DNA of 64,000 nt, taken from contig OZ024752.1 of assembly GCA_964016885.1 (NCBI GenBank), positions 41,974,001 to 42,038,000 of the forward strand. The letters are read 5' to 3'. The DNA comes from Eledone cirrhosa. Taxonomy: Eukaryota. Positions 15,227 through 30,647 of the stretch are shown here, one piece after another; position 1 is the first letter of the stretch; each line of letters begins with the position of its first letter. The position numbers were made by a program, and so were the translations under genes. The notes under the pieces are model-generated. The model ran no database searches and was not told the DNA's origin. It saw only the letters and a list, made by a program, of their open reading frames with translations.

Positions 15227-15941
15227 CACCACACACACATTTATTTATTCCCATTAATCACACACACACACATTTATTTATTCCCATTAATCACACACAC
15301 ACACACACACCACACACATTTATTTATTCCCATTAATCACACACACACATTTATTTATTCCCATTAATCACACACACACACACACATTTATTTATTCCCA
15401 TTAATCACACACACACACACATTGATTTATTCCCATTAATCACACACACACACACACATTTATTTATTCCCATTAATCACACACACACACACACATTTAT
15501 TTATTCCCATTAATCACACACACACATACATTGATTTATTCCCATTAATCACACACACCACACACATTTATTTATTCCCATTAATCACACACACACACAC
15601 ACATTTATTTATTCCCATTAATCACACACACACACACATTGATTTATTCCCATTAATCACACACACACACACACCACACACATTTATTTATTCCCATTAA
15701 TCACACACACACATTTATTTATTCCCATTAATCACACACACACACACATTTATTTATTCCCATTAATCACACACACACACACACATTGATTTATTCCCAT
15801 TAATCACACACACACACACATTTATTTATTCCCATTAATCACACACACACACACACATTTATTTATTCCCATTAATCACACACACACACACACCACACAC
15901 ACATTTATTTATTCCCATTAATCACACACACACACACACAC
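15227..15941. repeat. Minisatellite (CA)n-TTTATTTATTCCCATTAAT with variable CA length
   Basis: About 20 units. Confidence 0.95.
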
Positions 15942-17370
15942 AATGATGATTATATATGTTAGTAGTAGAAAGGTAGTAATTTGGACAATGTAAAATGTAT
16001 ATATTTATTTCTCTAATCACTACAACTTACCTGTCCGTATACGATTTACTCACTCCTCGTACCTGTTGCTGGTCTAATTACTATTTCTCCGATCATTCAG
16101 GTAAATCTAGTAGCTTCTCTAGCTATACATTATAGTAGTACTAGTAGTACTAGTAGTAACTTTGAAACTTTTGTTTTCAACTCTTATATTATCACTATTA
16201 CGGGCCTTTACGTTCTGTGTTCAAATCCTGTCGGGGTTAAATTTGCCTTTCATCCTTACGGGGTCGATAAATAAAGTACCAGTAACGCATCGGGGTCGAT
16301 TTAATCGATTTTCCTATCTCTCCCTACCCCCTAAATTGTTGGTCTTGTGCCTAAATCAGAAACCATTATTATTGGATGGACTTCGGTAAAGCGTCGGACG
16401 TCATGCTTTGTGGCATAGAGTTACGCCCCTTTATGATCTGAGTTCAAATCCCGCCGAGGTTAACAACTTTGCCTTTCATCCTTACGGGGGTCGATAAAAT
16501 AAAGTACCAGTAATGCACTGAGATAATTGCTGGCCTTGTGCCAAAAGTAGAAACAATTATTGTTGGAAGGACTGGCAATTTTTAATGTCTCGGTGACGAA
16601 AACGAAAGAGGTTGTGTGATTGACAAGGTTAAATAAAAGTGCTGAATTCATGGAGGGTGGAGATGGAAGTGTGTGATAGCGACAGGTATGGTCCAATTAA
16701 ACGGGTTTGGTCTGAATATCTACCTGGGAGAAGCCTTAGTGGTCGGGATGACCTTAGCCTTTCGTGAATTTTTTTTCACGACTAGCTCTCGGAATTTCCG
16801 CCCTCCCTTTATTTGGCAATTTTCTTTGTTTGAGATCATTCTAACCCGTTTTATATCTTCGTTATAATGAGAAATATTATGAGAAAGGAAAACATTTTGA
16901 ATATATAAACACAGATGAAACATGAAATAAATGTTTTATTCGATTTTAATATAAATCAATCAAATTTATTAAGTTCTTTTCCTCCCAAAACGATGCCCCC
17001 CCCCCCATCCAAAGGATGCCCGGGGCCAACGCACCGTCATCCCCCCACCCCACTCGCTGCACGCTACTTATTGCTGGTGTTTAAACAATTTTTTTTTTTT
17101 TATATAGCATTTTCTTAACTTTTAGAATAGAATATAGATATGGTAAGAGCGGGGGAGACGTAGTGACAGTTTGGTTCGTTTTACAACCGAACGCCAGTCA
17201 ACACACATTATAACATAAAATAAAGTACCAGTAATGCACTGGGTAATTGCTGGCCTTGTGCCAAAAAGAAACAATTATAACATTCACCGTTATAGTGTGT
17301 GACCAATCACCTATATAAATTGACACAATGCATGCCACTGTCGAAAGATTATAGAATGTAAGAAAATGGC

Positions 17371-17416
<46 letters not shown>

Positions 17417-17426
17417 GTATATATAT

Positions 17427-17468
17427 TGTTATACTTGGGGAGGGTCATATTGTTGTAATAATATTGCC
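17427..17468 (-). mobile_element. ~40-nt 3'-end stub of another TA-targeting family (also ~6715, 8202, 17868, 18058)
   Basis: GGCAATATTATTACAACAATATGACCCTCCCCAAGTATAACAA, usually abutting (TA)n. Confidence 0.6.
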
Positions 17469-17949
17469 AGAAATAATAATTGTTTCTACCTTTTGGCACA
17501 AGGCCAGCAATTATCCCAGTGCATTACTGGTACTTTATTTTATCGACACCCGTAAGGATGAAAGGCAAAGTTGACCTCGGCGGGATTTGAACTCAGATCA
17601 TAAAGGGAGGTAACTCTATGCTTCAAAGCATGGCGCCCGACCCTCTACCGAGACTGCCAATCCCAGAAATAATAACAGAACACACTCACAGTTTGGTTCG
17701 TTTTTGCTTCTGTATCTTTTATATCTCCATAGTTAATTTAATTGGCAATCAACGTTTATCATTGATTGACCAACGGTTAAAAATACAGATATAAATATAT
17801 ATATATAAATAAATATTTATATATATATATATATATAGTCTATCAAAGTGTGTTCTGTTATTATTTCTGGCAATATTATTACAACAATATGACCCTCCCC
17901 AAGTATGACAATATTTGTTTCGACACTCGATTTCATATCAAAAACGTTG

Positions 17950-17989
<40 letters not shown>

Positions 17990-18019
17990 TTGATATACTC
18001 ATTGAATCTTGTTTAACTC

Positions 18020-18062
<43 letters not shown>

Positions 18063-18190
18063 TACTTGGGGAGGGTCATATTGTTGTAATAATATTGCCA
18101 CTGATGACGGATATTCCTGGCTTCTATTTCCAATTCTTCATTTATTATATATATCATATTCCAAACAACACAGCTTGCCATTTTTCATTC

Positions 18191-18250
<60 letters not shown>

Positions 18251-18254
<4 letters not shown>

Positions 18255-18626
18255 TAGAAAATATATAGCTTTCACCGTATTTTTTACTAAAGGAATTTTA
18301 GCTTGATAACGGGGTTTAGAACCCTCAGATAAATGGAAAAAGATGAGTATTGACGTACATGGGAGACGAAACCACATCTTTGGTTATCGCGACCACTGTG
18401 CTACCATTACACCAACACATCACCTGTGTTGGTGTAATGGTAGCACAGTGGTCGCGATAACCGCAGACGTGGGTTCGACTCCCATGTACGTCAATACTCA
18501 TCTTTTTCCATTTATCTGAGGGTTCTAAACCCCGTTACCAAGCTAAAATTCCTTTAGTCAAAAATACGCTGAAAGCTATATATTTTCTAATTTCAAACCT
18601 GCTCACTGTTTCAAAACATACTTACT

Positions 18627-18629
<3 letters not shown>
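18251..18629 (+). mobile_element. Fold-back element with a tRNA-like head (18425-18493) and a 36-nt tail; truncated second copy at 18876-19017 (-)
   Basis: Arms 18251-18419 / 18425-18593. A box TGGTGTAATGG; T arm GTGGG-TTCGACT-CCCAT. Confidence 0.75.
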
Positions 18630-18673
<44 letters not shown>

Positions 18674-18678
<5 letters not shown>

Positions 18679-18836
18679 AATGTAACCTGAGTTTTTAAAA
18701 TATATATAACATTCGATTGAATTCAACCATGGAGAGCGAACATTTTCTTTTATATATATATATAAAAGAAAATTTTCGCTCTCCATGGTTGAATTCAATC
18801 GAATTTTATATATATTCTAAAAACTCAGATTACATT

Positions 18837-18841
<5 letters not shown>
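18674..18841. repeat. Inverted repeat with a (TA)n centre, also TA-flanked
   Basis: ~75-bp arms with a few mismatches around TATATA at ~18750-18764. Confidence 0.75.
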
Positions 18842-18878
<37 letters not shown>

Positions 18879-19587
18879 AGTAAGTATGTTTTGAAACAGT
18901 CAGCAGGTTTGAAATTAGAAAATATAATAGCTTTCAGCGTATTTTTGACTAAAGGAATTTTAGCCTGATAATGGGGTTTAGAACCCTCAGATAAATGGAA
19001 AAAGATGAGTATTGATATACATTATATATAAGAAACGATCGACTTTCGTCAAATCGGACCGAGGGAACAATGTTTCCGTTGGTCTTTCCAATTGCTAATA
19101 CTATCTATCGGTCGCAACTCCAGGTAGAAGGAGCAACGTGAAATAAAGCGTCTTGCTCAAGGACATAAAGCATCACCTGGTCCAGGAATCGAACTCACAA
19201 CCTTACAATTGCGAATCCAATTCTCTAACCACTCAGCCACACGCCTTCACTATATATATATATAATTAGAGAGTTAAAACCATTGTGGTATATTGAAAGT
19301 CATGGCGCCAATTTTGTTTGTCTATTGATTGCTGCACGTAGCAGGAAGACTCTGGATTGGTGAATTGAGAGCTTCAAAAGAATAAATTCTACAGCATGTA
19401 TTGAGTACTTTTTCTCCCATTTATATTACAATACGTGGATTATGTATGTTTGTATGTGTATATATATATATATATGAAATAAGGAAATATACCCAACTGT
19501 ACCCAGGATCTCACACATTTTCCAATATATATATATATACACATAAATAAGTAAACAGTTAAAACCATTGTATTATATTGAAAGACA

Positions 19588-19618
19588 ATGTGTGTATATA
19601 CACACATACATATATGTA

Positions 19619-19675
<57 letters not shown>

Positions 19676-19709
19676 GGGTGTATATATATATATGTATATA
19701 TATATATGG

Positions 19710-19750
<41 letters not shown>

Positions 19751-19807
19751 GGTGTGTGTATATATATATGTGTATATATATATATATATGTGTAGATATA
19801 TATGTGA

Positions 19808-19851
<44 letters not shown>

Positions 19852-20416
19852 ATATATATATATGTGTGTGTATATATATATATGTGTGTGTATATATATA
19901 TATGTGTGTGTATATATATGTGTGTGTGTGTATATATATATATGTGTGTGTATATATATATATGTGTGTATATATATATATATGTGTGTGTATATATATA
20001 TATGTGTGTGTGTATATATATATATGTGTGTGTGTATATATATATATGTGTATATATATATATGTGTGTGTGTATATATATATATGTGTGTATATATATA
20101 TATGTGTGTGTATATATATATATGTGTGTGTATATATATATATATGTGTGTGTATATATATATATGTGTGTGTGTATATATATATATGTGTGTGTATATA
20201 TATATATCTGTGTGTGTGTGTATATATATATATCTGTGTGTGTGTGTATATATATATATATATGTGTGTGTATATATATATATATATATGTGTGTGTATA
20301 TATATATATGTGTGTATATATATATATGTGTGTATATATATATATATATGTGTATATATATATATATATGTGTGTATATATATATATATGTGTGTGTATA
20401 TATATATATGTGTGTG

Positions 20417-20467
<51 letters not shown>

Positions 20468-20898
20468 GTGTATATATATATATATGTGTGTATATATATA
20501 TATATATGTGTGTATATATATATATATGTGTGTATATATATATATATGTGTGTATATATATATATATGTGTGTATATATATATATGTGTGTATATATATA
20601 TATATGTGTGTATATATATATATATGTGTGTATATATATATATATGTGTGTATATATATATATATGTGTGTATATATATATATATGTGTGTATATATATA
20701 TATATGTGTGTATATATATATATATATGTGTATATATATATATATATGTGTATATATATATATATGTGTATATATATATATATGTGTGTATATATATATA
20801 TATATGTGTGTATATATATATATATGTGTGTATATATATATATATGTGTGTGTGTATATATATGTGTGTGTATATATATATATATATGTGTGTGTGTG

Positions 20899-20929
<31 letters not shown>

Positions 20930-20966
20930 ATATATATGTGGGTGTGTATATATATATGTGTATATA

Positions 20967-21005
<39 letters not shown>
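19588..21005. repeat. Compound (TA)n(TG)n microsatellite
   Basis: Direct inspection. Confidence 0.97.
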
Positions 21006-21502
21006 AGTGTCTGAGGAAATGCTATTCTGCAGGAGAAACTGGATCAACCTTTTATAAACCTTATACCATACTTGTTTTATGTTTAAAACATAGAAATACA
21101 AAGACATTTAATAAAAGTCACGTGGGTGTCTGCTCATTCTGAATCCTCTGATACTAACATCTTGTCTAATTGTGGAGAAAATGTGTTTTTTAATCATATT
21201 TAGCTTAATTATTCGTATGGTTAATTAATTACTTAATTATTTCATATATATTTGTCTTCCCAACTATTTCTCTTGTTTACTTTCTCTTTATATATAGTAT
21301 AATTAACTCTTAAAATATTATTTCTGCTAATTGTCATTAAGTTACTGAAGTCAGCTCTGCTCAATTACTGCACAAATTGTTGTTTAACTCCAGGTCAGTA
21401 TTTAGTGAAAAAGATTAAATATTTCAGTCTACAACCATTACTGGGCTTCTTCTATAAATCTCTGGTGAGACCAGAAACAGATTAGGTCTGAAAAATACTT
21501 CG

Positions 21503-23500
21503 GTTTACCACCATTACTGAGCTGTTTCTACAAATCTCACATTCTACAGTTTACAACCATTACTGAGCTGTTTCTACAAATCTCACATTCTCCAGTTTAC
21601 AACCATTACTGAGCTGTTTCTACAAATCTCACATTCTCCAGTTTACCACCATTACTGAGCTGTTTCTACAAATCTCACATTCTCCAGTTTACCACCATTA
21701 CTGAGCTGTTTCTACAAATCTCACATTCTCCAGTTTACCACCATTACTGAGCTGTTTCTACAAATCTCACATTCTCCAGTTTACCACCATTACTGAGCTG
21801 TTTCTACAAATCTCACATTCTCCAGTTTACAACCATTACTGAGCTGTTTCTACAAATCTCACATTCTCCAGTTTACCACCATTACTGAGCTGTTTCTACA
21901 AATCTCACATTCTCCAGTTTACCACCATTACTGAGCTGTTTCTACAAATCTCACATTCTCCAGTTTACAACCATTACTGAGCTGTTCCTACAAATCTCAC
22001 ATTCTCCAGTTTACCACCATTACTGAGCTGTTTCTACAAATCTCACATTCTCCAGTTTACCACCATTACTGAGCTGTTTCTACAAATCTCACATTCTCCA
22101 GTTTACAACCATTACTGAGCTGTTCCTACAAATCTCACATTCTCCAGTTTACCACCATTACTGAGCTGTTTCTACAAATCTCACATTCTCCAGTTTACCA
22201 CCATTACTGAGCTGTTTCTACAAATCTCACATTCTCCAGTTTACCACCATTACTGAGCTGTTTCTACAAATCTCACATTCTCCAGTTTACCACCATTACT
22301 GAGCTGTTTCTACAAATCTCACATTCTACAGTTTACCACCATTACTGAGCTGTTTCTACAAATCTCACATTCTACAGTTTACCACCATTACTGAGCTGTT
22401 TCTACAAATCTCACATTCTCCAGTTTACAACCATTACTGAGCTGTTTCTACAAATCTCACATTCTCCAGTTTACCACCATTACTGAGCTGTTTCTACAAA
22501 TCTCACATTCTCCAGTTTACAACCATTACTGAGCTGTTTCTACAAATCTCACATTCTCCAGTTTACCACCATTACTGAGCTGTTTCTACAAATCTCACAT
22601 TCTCCAGTATACAACCATTACTGAGCTGTTTCTACAAATCTCACATTCTACAGTTTACCACCATTACTGAGCTGTTTCTACAAATCTCACATTCTCCAGT
22701 TTACCACCATTACTGAGCTGTTTCTACAAATCTCACATTCTCCAGTTTACCACCATTACTGAGCTGTTTCTACAAATCTCACATTCTACAGTTTACAACC
22801 ATTACTGAGCTGTTTCTACAAATCTCACATTCTCCAGTTTACCACCATTACTGAGCTGTTTCTACAAATCTCACATTCTCCAGTTTACCACCATTACTGA
22901 GCTGTTTCTACAAATCTCACATTCTCCAGTTTACCACCATTACTGAGCTGTTTCTACAAATCTCACATTCTCCAGTTTACCACCATTACTGAGCTGTTTC
23001 TACAAATCTCACATTCTCCAGTTTACAACCATTACTGAGCTGTTTCTACAAATCTCACATTCTACAGTTTACCACCATTACTGAGCTGTTTCTACAAATC
23101 TCACATTCTCCAGTTTACCACCATTACTGAGCTGTTTCTACAAATCTCACATTCTACAGTTTACCACCATTACTGAGCTGTTTCTACAAATCTCACATTC
23201 TCCAGTTTACAACCATTACTGAGCTGTTTCTACAAATCTCACATTCTCCAGTTTACCACCATTACTGAGCTGTTTCTACAAATCTCACATTCTCCAGTTT
23301 ACAACCATTACTGAGCTGTTTCTACAAATCTCACATTCTCCAGTTTACCACCATTACTGAGCTGTTTCTACAAATCTCACATTCTCCAGTTTACCACCAT
23401 TACTGAGCTGTTTCTACAAATCTCACATTCTACAGTTTACCACCATTACTGAGCTGTTTCTACAAATCTCACATTCTCCAGTTTACAACCATTACTGAGC
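21503..23500. repeat. 46-bp minisatellite, ~43 near-identical copies
   Basis: Unit GTTTAC(C/A)ACCATTACTGAGCTGTTTCTACAAATCTCACATTCT(C/A)CA. Confidence 0.97.
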
Positions 23501-24273
23501 TTCTTCAAATCTCTGGTGAGACCAAAAACAAACAAGGTCTTAAAACTGGGTCAGGGCATCAATTATTTATTAAGTTAGCCCCATTCTTTTGTAATTCCTT
23601 TGCTAGCAACCCAGCCAAAACCAGCTCTGATTCTATGAAGCAAAATGATACACTTTAAACAGCTGTTATTTAACCCTTTACCATTTACATTACTCTATAT
23701 TTACTGTTGTATTTTCACAGTAAAGGCTTTATCTCATATAATATCAAATCTATGAGATTTTTATAATATTTATTTTGAGAACAATACTTTAAAATCAGTA
23801 TGAGTGGCTGTTTACAGCCAGTTTGAACAGAAAGAAGTGAGAGAATTCTAGCCAGATATGGCCATTTTAAATGCTAAAAGGGTTAAAGTAAAATCTTCCA
23901 ATATAATTATACATAAGAACACTATTAAGATAGTAATTTAACATTGAAATATTAATAATTTTTAGTAAATTGTTCAAAATTATTTATTAATAAATTGAAA
24001 TAGTGAATTTCATTTAAAATATGGTCATAAAAGGGTTAATGTTTTTAGCTATTTTTTTTTTTTAAATTCAGTCCAGTGGCCCACTGAGCAATGTCTAATG
24101 TCCATTTTGGCATTGGATGAAACCTCCCAAAGGAGTACCATTCCTGCATCTGGGATGGTGCAACTGTTATTGCTGTTGTTGTAGACCTCATCTGGAGAAA
24201 AGCCACTTGACCAATTGGCCTGAAAGTCTCCCAGAAACACTCTAGCTCCCAATTCTCAGATGTGCTGTCTCCT

Positions 24274-24630
24274 CTACTGATACTGCAGTAGTATGTCCTA
24301 AGAAATATGGTCAGAAAGGGACTAAAGAGTCCTTTCATGAGCATGTCTATTGCCCCACCCTAGACACACTCCATCCTCTTGTTCACAAACATGTCTCTCT
24401 TCCATCTCTCCTTTCTACTGATACTGCAGTAGTATGTCCTAAGAAATATGGTCAGAAAGGGACTAAAGAGTCCTTTCATGAGCATGTCTATTGCCCCACC
24501 CTAGACACACTCCATCCTCTTGTTCACAAACATGTCTCTCCTCCATCTCTCCTTTCTACTGATACTGCAGTAGTATGTCCTAAGAAATATGGTCAGGTCA
24601 GAAAAGGACTAAAGAGTCTTTTCATGAACT
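24274..24630. repeat. 141-bp tandem repeat, ~2.5 copies
   Basis: CTACTGATACTGCAG at 24274, 24415 and 24556. Confidence 0.9.
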
Positions 24631-25013
24631 TGCCCATTGTTCTACCTCATTCCCCATCCCTATTAATCAATTGAAACCCAAAACTATATTACATAGGTGT
24701 AGTAATACTCTAAATATGCCAGGTATTTCAACAAAAAAAAAAAAAATAGGTGTGATATCTGTTGAATTGCTATATTAGTTACTATGTTAATCATATTTTT
24801 TTTAGTGACATCTACCATGATATTTTGTAATATATATCGTTAATTCATTAATTGTGTGTGTGTTTGTATGTGTGTGGTATACTTAAGAAAAAGGGATATA
24901 GAAGAAGAATCAACCCTAGTTCAAGACTGGAACTTCTTTTATTCACCTCGAATGGATGAAAGGCAATGTTGACCTTGGAGGATTTGAACTTAGAGAGCAG
25001 AGAACCGTATATA

Positions 25014-25059
<46 letters not shown>

Positions 25060-25062
<3 letters not shown>

Positions 25063-25442
25063 TATTTTCCGTAGTGTTGTAATATGAATATTACACACAG
25101 TAGATGGACAGCTCATGTAGAGTTTGCTCGACGGTACCAGTTGTAGTTTCAAAAGTAATCCGGAGAAAATAGAAGGATTTAAATGGATACAGTTCAGTTA
25201 AAAGGAATTTATTGACACGTGTTTCAATAACAGTTACATAACCTGAAAACAGCTGCTATCTAAAAACCAAACAGGTTCTCAATAAAATTATTCTGATGAA
25301 ATGACAGTAGATAATAACATTGAAATATTGAATGTCTGCATAACTAATACTTTGTAGATAGCAGCTGTTTTCAGGTTATGTAACTGTTATTGAAACACGT
25401 GTCAATAAATTCCTTTTAACTGAACTGTATCCATTTAAATCC

Positions 25443-25448
<6 letters not shown>
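25060..25448. mobile_element. Fold-back element with 94-bp arms and a left tail, in (TA)n
   Basis: Arms 25169-25262 / 25355-25448. Confidence 0.8.
25286..25411 (+). ncRNA. Hammerhead ribozyme with a long stem II insert
   Basis: TTATT-CTGATGA-AATGACAGT(~74 nt)ACTGTTATT-GAAA-CACGTG-TC-AATAA; GUC triplet; palindromic stem III. Confidence 0.8.
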
Positions 25449-25494
<46 letters not shown>

Positions 25495-27134
25495 GGGCTA
25501 AAGCCTGACACATCAAACTTTCTTTCCCCTTTTCCATATAAAGCATGGAACTGACATTTTGTACCCCTGTTTGTTGTTTCCTTGAACTATATATATATAT
25601 ATATAATAGAAAATTTGAACAGGAACAAAACAGAGAGGCAGTACAACGAATGTTTATTAATTTCACGCTCTTGAGAGTGGGGTGGTAGTGGGGAACGACG
25701 TTTCGGGCATAAGCCCTTCTTCAGGTGAAAAGTGTGTGGGAAGAGAGTTCAAAGGGTGTGTAGGGGAGTGGTGGAGAGACATATAGCAAAAAGGGGGTGG
25801 GAGGAAACATAGAAAGTGTGGTAAGATACCAGGTGGACCATAACCCACTAGAGTACTCAATACATAGGGTAGTAGAGTGGGTAATATGAAAAGATTTAGG
25901 ATCCTGAGCGCCGGCCGTTTCGACAGCTAGTTCGGATTTAGCTGTCAAAACAGCCAGAGCTCAGCCGTTGGTGTCCTGAATCTTTTCATATCATCTCTCT
26001 CTTTCTTTCTTTCTTTCTCTCTTTCTCTCTGTCTCTTTCTTTCTTTCTGTCTCTCTGTCTCTTTCACTCTCTCTCTCTGTCTCTCTCTCTGTCTCTCTCT
26101 CTGTCTCTCTCTCTGTCTCTCTCTCTCTGTCTCTCTCTCTCTGTCTCTCTCTCTCTAGACACGCACACACGTCTAATTTATTGTGATTATTTCTACTTGC
26201 AATTTAACCCTTTAAAATACTATTATATTTATTTTTAATTCAATTTCTAAGGCAGTGGATATTTTTTCTAGGTTTATAATAATGTCTTTATATGATTATC
26301 AAGGTTAATCTCTTCTTTACTCTTACATGTCTTGTCTCAACAGATAACTCCTACAAGGTTAATTATAAAAAAACAAGTCAGTGAGTGCTTGGTACAGTTT
26401 CATTCTAGAAATAACTGAAATTATATCAACTTGTCATCATTAGAAGATTAAATCCCTCATTGTAGTTCATTGCACTCTGAGTTCAAATCCCAGGCAGGTC
26501 AGGTTTGTTTTTCATCTTTTCAAGGTCAATAAATAAAGTATGAGTCCAGTCCTGAGGTCAATTTTTTCCCTCTTTCTCTTGACCCCACCCCTCCTTCTTC
26601 TCTGGAAGAAATTGGTTGTCTAGATCTGCAGTTAAGGGCCCTTTCCTTTCCAACATCTGGCAGTTGTAAGTCAGAGCCTTGGATAACATGGCTTGGTATT
26701 TCTTCTGGCTCTCTGTATTTTGTGTTCAAATCCTTCCGGGGGGGGGGTCAATTTTGCCTTTAAATTTTTTTTTTTTTTTTTTTGAAGGGTTGATGACGTA
26801 CCGGTCCAGGTGTAGGGAGTTGGCAGGATTGTTAACAAGTTAGATGGGATACATTACAGTATGTGTTCAGGCTCTGTATGTTCTGAGTTCAGATTCCATC
26901 TCTGGTCACTGGAAAAACATTGATGTTTCTGCCAGAAGTTACTACTGACAGATAGTTATTAGCTATGAAAAGATTAATGGAAACATAGTTTCCTTGGTCT
27001 GATCTGATGATCGACTCCTTTCCTTTCCTTTCCTCTATACTTCAAATCCCACCGAGGTTAACTTTAATTTTTTCTGGATCTATGAATGAATGCAATTGAA
27101 AGATCAGAGTTTCCTTATTTGGACATGTAGTTAG

Positions 27135-28472
<1,338 letters not shown>

Positions 28473-28535
28473 GCACAAAGTACTCAATACCAAAGTAGAG
28501 TTTAAATATTCCTTTTATTAAGGCTAAATCGTGAG

Positions 28536-28585
28536 TTTTGTTACTCTGGAGTTTCGCCTGTTTATCACAGAGTCATCAGACAAGA
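28536..28585 (-). ncRNA. Hammerhead ribozyme within fold-back element 28480-28656
   Basis: Minus strand: TTGT-CTGATGA-cTCTGT-GATAA-ACAGGc-GAAA-CTCCAGAG-TA-ACAA. First stem II pair is mismatched. Confidence 0.7.
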
Positions 28586-29877
28586 ACAGTTCTGTGACAA
28601 ACAGGCAAAACTCCAGAGTAACAAGACTCACTATTTAGCCTTAATAAAAGGAATATCGATAGTTGATCGACAAAATCCCAGACCTCATTTGCTTAACGAG
28701 TAGGGATGGAGCTCGTCAAATCAGACTGAGGAAACAATGTTTCCATTGGTCTTTCTAATTGCTAATACTTGTCTATCAATTGCAACTCCAGGTAGGAGCA
28801 ACGTGAAATAAAGTGTCTTGCTCAAGGAAATAACATATTGCCTGGTCCAGGAATCGAAATCACAACCTCATGATTGCAATTCAATTCTCTAACCACTTAG
28901 CCATGTGCCTTCACTCTGAAGTGTATTTATGATGTATAAATTGCTCAAGTGCAGAGATGCTATAAAATAATTGTTTCTACTTTTGGCACAAGGCCAGCAA
29001 TTACCCAGTGCATTACTGGTACTTTATTTTATCAACCCCGTAAGGCTATAAAATAATAGCTTCTAAAATAGTGTGAAGACCATTAAAAGCTGGAAAAAGA
29101 AGTTGCCATTAGCCGCTATGAAGAACCTAAATGTTCTTACATAAAATCATGTTGGAAGGATTTTAGTTAAATCTAAACACTTTAACCCTTTAGCATTTAA
29201 ACCAGCCATATCTAGCTAGAATTCTCTCACCTCTTTCTGTTCAAACTGGCTGTAACTGGCTGCTCATACTGACGTTAAGTTAAGGTATTGTTCTCAAAAT
29301 AAATAACATCAAAATCTTGTATTATGTGAAATAATTATGTAAGATAAAGCCTTTACCACAAAAATACAATAGTATATATAGAGTAATGTAATGTTACTAT
29401 ATATACTATTGTATATATAGAGTCGGGCACCTTGTTTGCCTTAAAAATGTGAGGGGACAAACCAACATTTGTTGATTCTTAAAGGAGCATGTTAGTATTA
29501 CTTATGGTGCTTTTCTCGGACCCTAATCACATAAGTAAAATTTTAAGCTAATTAAATTTTATATATTCAAATGAAGTTCAGATATAAAAAAAAAATAAGC
29601 TTAAAAAGAATTTATATCAAATAAACAAAAAATAAAATATAGACGTTTGAATAAATTGGAAAAAAGTAGGGGGGGGGGGGACAAAAGATGGTTTGTGCCC
29701 CGTTCCTGAAAAGGAAAAAGTGGGGGGGGGGACTTGTCCCTTGGTATCCCACTGAAACAAGGCCCTTGTATAGAGTAATGTAAATGCCCAAAAGGTTAAA
29801 ACAGTGGCAGTTTTAGGCTGGTTGGTATAAAAAAGGGTTAAATAGTTACTTAATCTTTTTGTATTTTATTTTACCAG

Positions 29878-29942
29878 AAAACCTCAAGATGGGCAAGAAA
29901 GCATTAAAGTTCCTTCTTTTCATAGTGAATATAATGTTTTTT
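29878..29942 (+). CDS. Tetraspanin coding exon 1 ([18 protein letters not shown]); ATG at 29889
   Basis: Pyrimidine tract plus CAG at 29875-77 implies an upstream, probably non-coding, exon. Donor GTAAGT at 29943, phase 0. Confidence 0.9.
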
Positions 29943-30604
29943 GTAAGTATTCTATATTGTTAATATCTGCTCTCTACCCTCTACCCTACATACTCTCTAC
30001 TCCTATACTCTCCAACCCTTGTTCTCCACTTTCTTGCTACGCATTCACTCTCCACCCACTCTCAACTCGCTCTCCACCCCACTTTCCACCCCACTCTCCA
30101 CCCCGCTCTCCACCCCGCTCTCCACCCCGCTCTCCACCCCGCTCTCCACCCCGCTCTCCACCCCGCTCTCCACCCCGCTCTCCACCCCGCTCTCCACCTC
30201 CGCTCTCCACCCCCGCTCTCGGACACCTCTGTTGAGGTCGCCTGTCTTCGTGAAACCTTTGGTAAATGGAATAATTGTATTGTGTTGTTTATTATATAAT
30301 TAAATAGCTCTGTACTATAAATAGAGCACTCTTCCTTCCTTAACCTTTTCTACAGAAATACTTTATATCATCACCGTTATACATCCATTCTTCCACGCTA
30401 GCATGGGTTAGACGGGTTGTCCTGTTGTGGGCAGTAGCCAGTCGGTTGACCATGTCTTGTTCATACAGGAACTGATTCTGGCTTGATTTCTACAGCTGGA
30501 TGCCCTTCCTAACACCAACCTCATTTACAGTGAGTGCTGGGTGCTTTTTTCCGTGGCACCTACATATATATATATATAGTAATAATAATAAATTTGAAGA
30601 CTAA

Positions 30605-30647
<43 letters not shown>

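Noticed and set aside
18425-18493. Functional tRNA gene
   Set aside because: Acceptor 5' strand is disrupted and the anticodon loop lacks U33 and purine 37; treated as a SINE-like head.
21503-23500. CRISPR-like regular array (also 34738-35570, 15227-15941)
   Set aside because: No unique spacers, no cas genes, eukaryotic context.
30045-30220. G-quadruplex potential on the minus strand (GGGG every 12 nt)
   Set aside because: Possible, but generic for such repeats; no further support.
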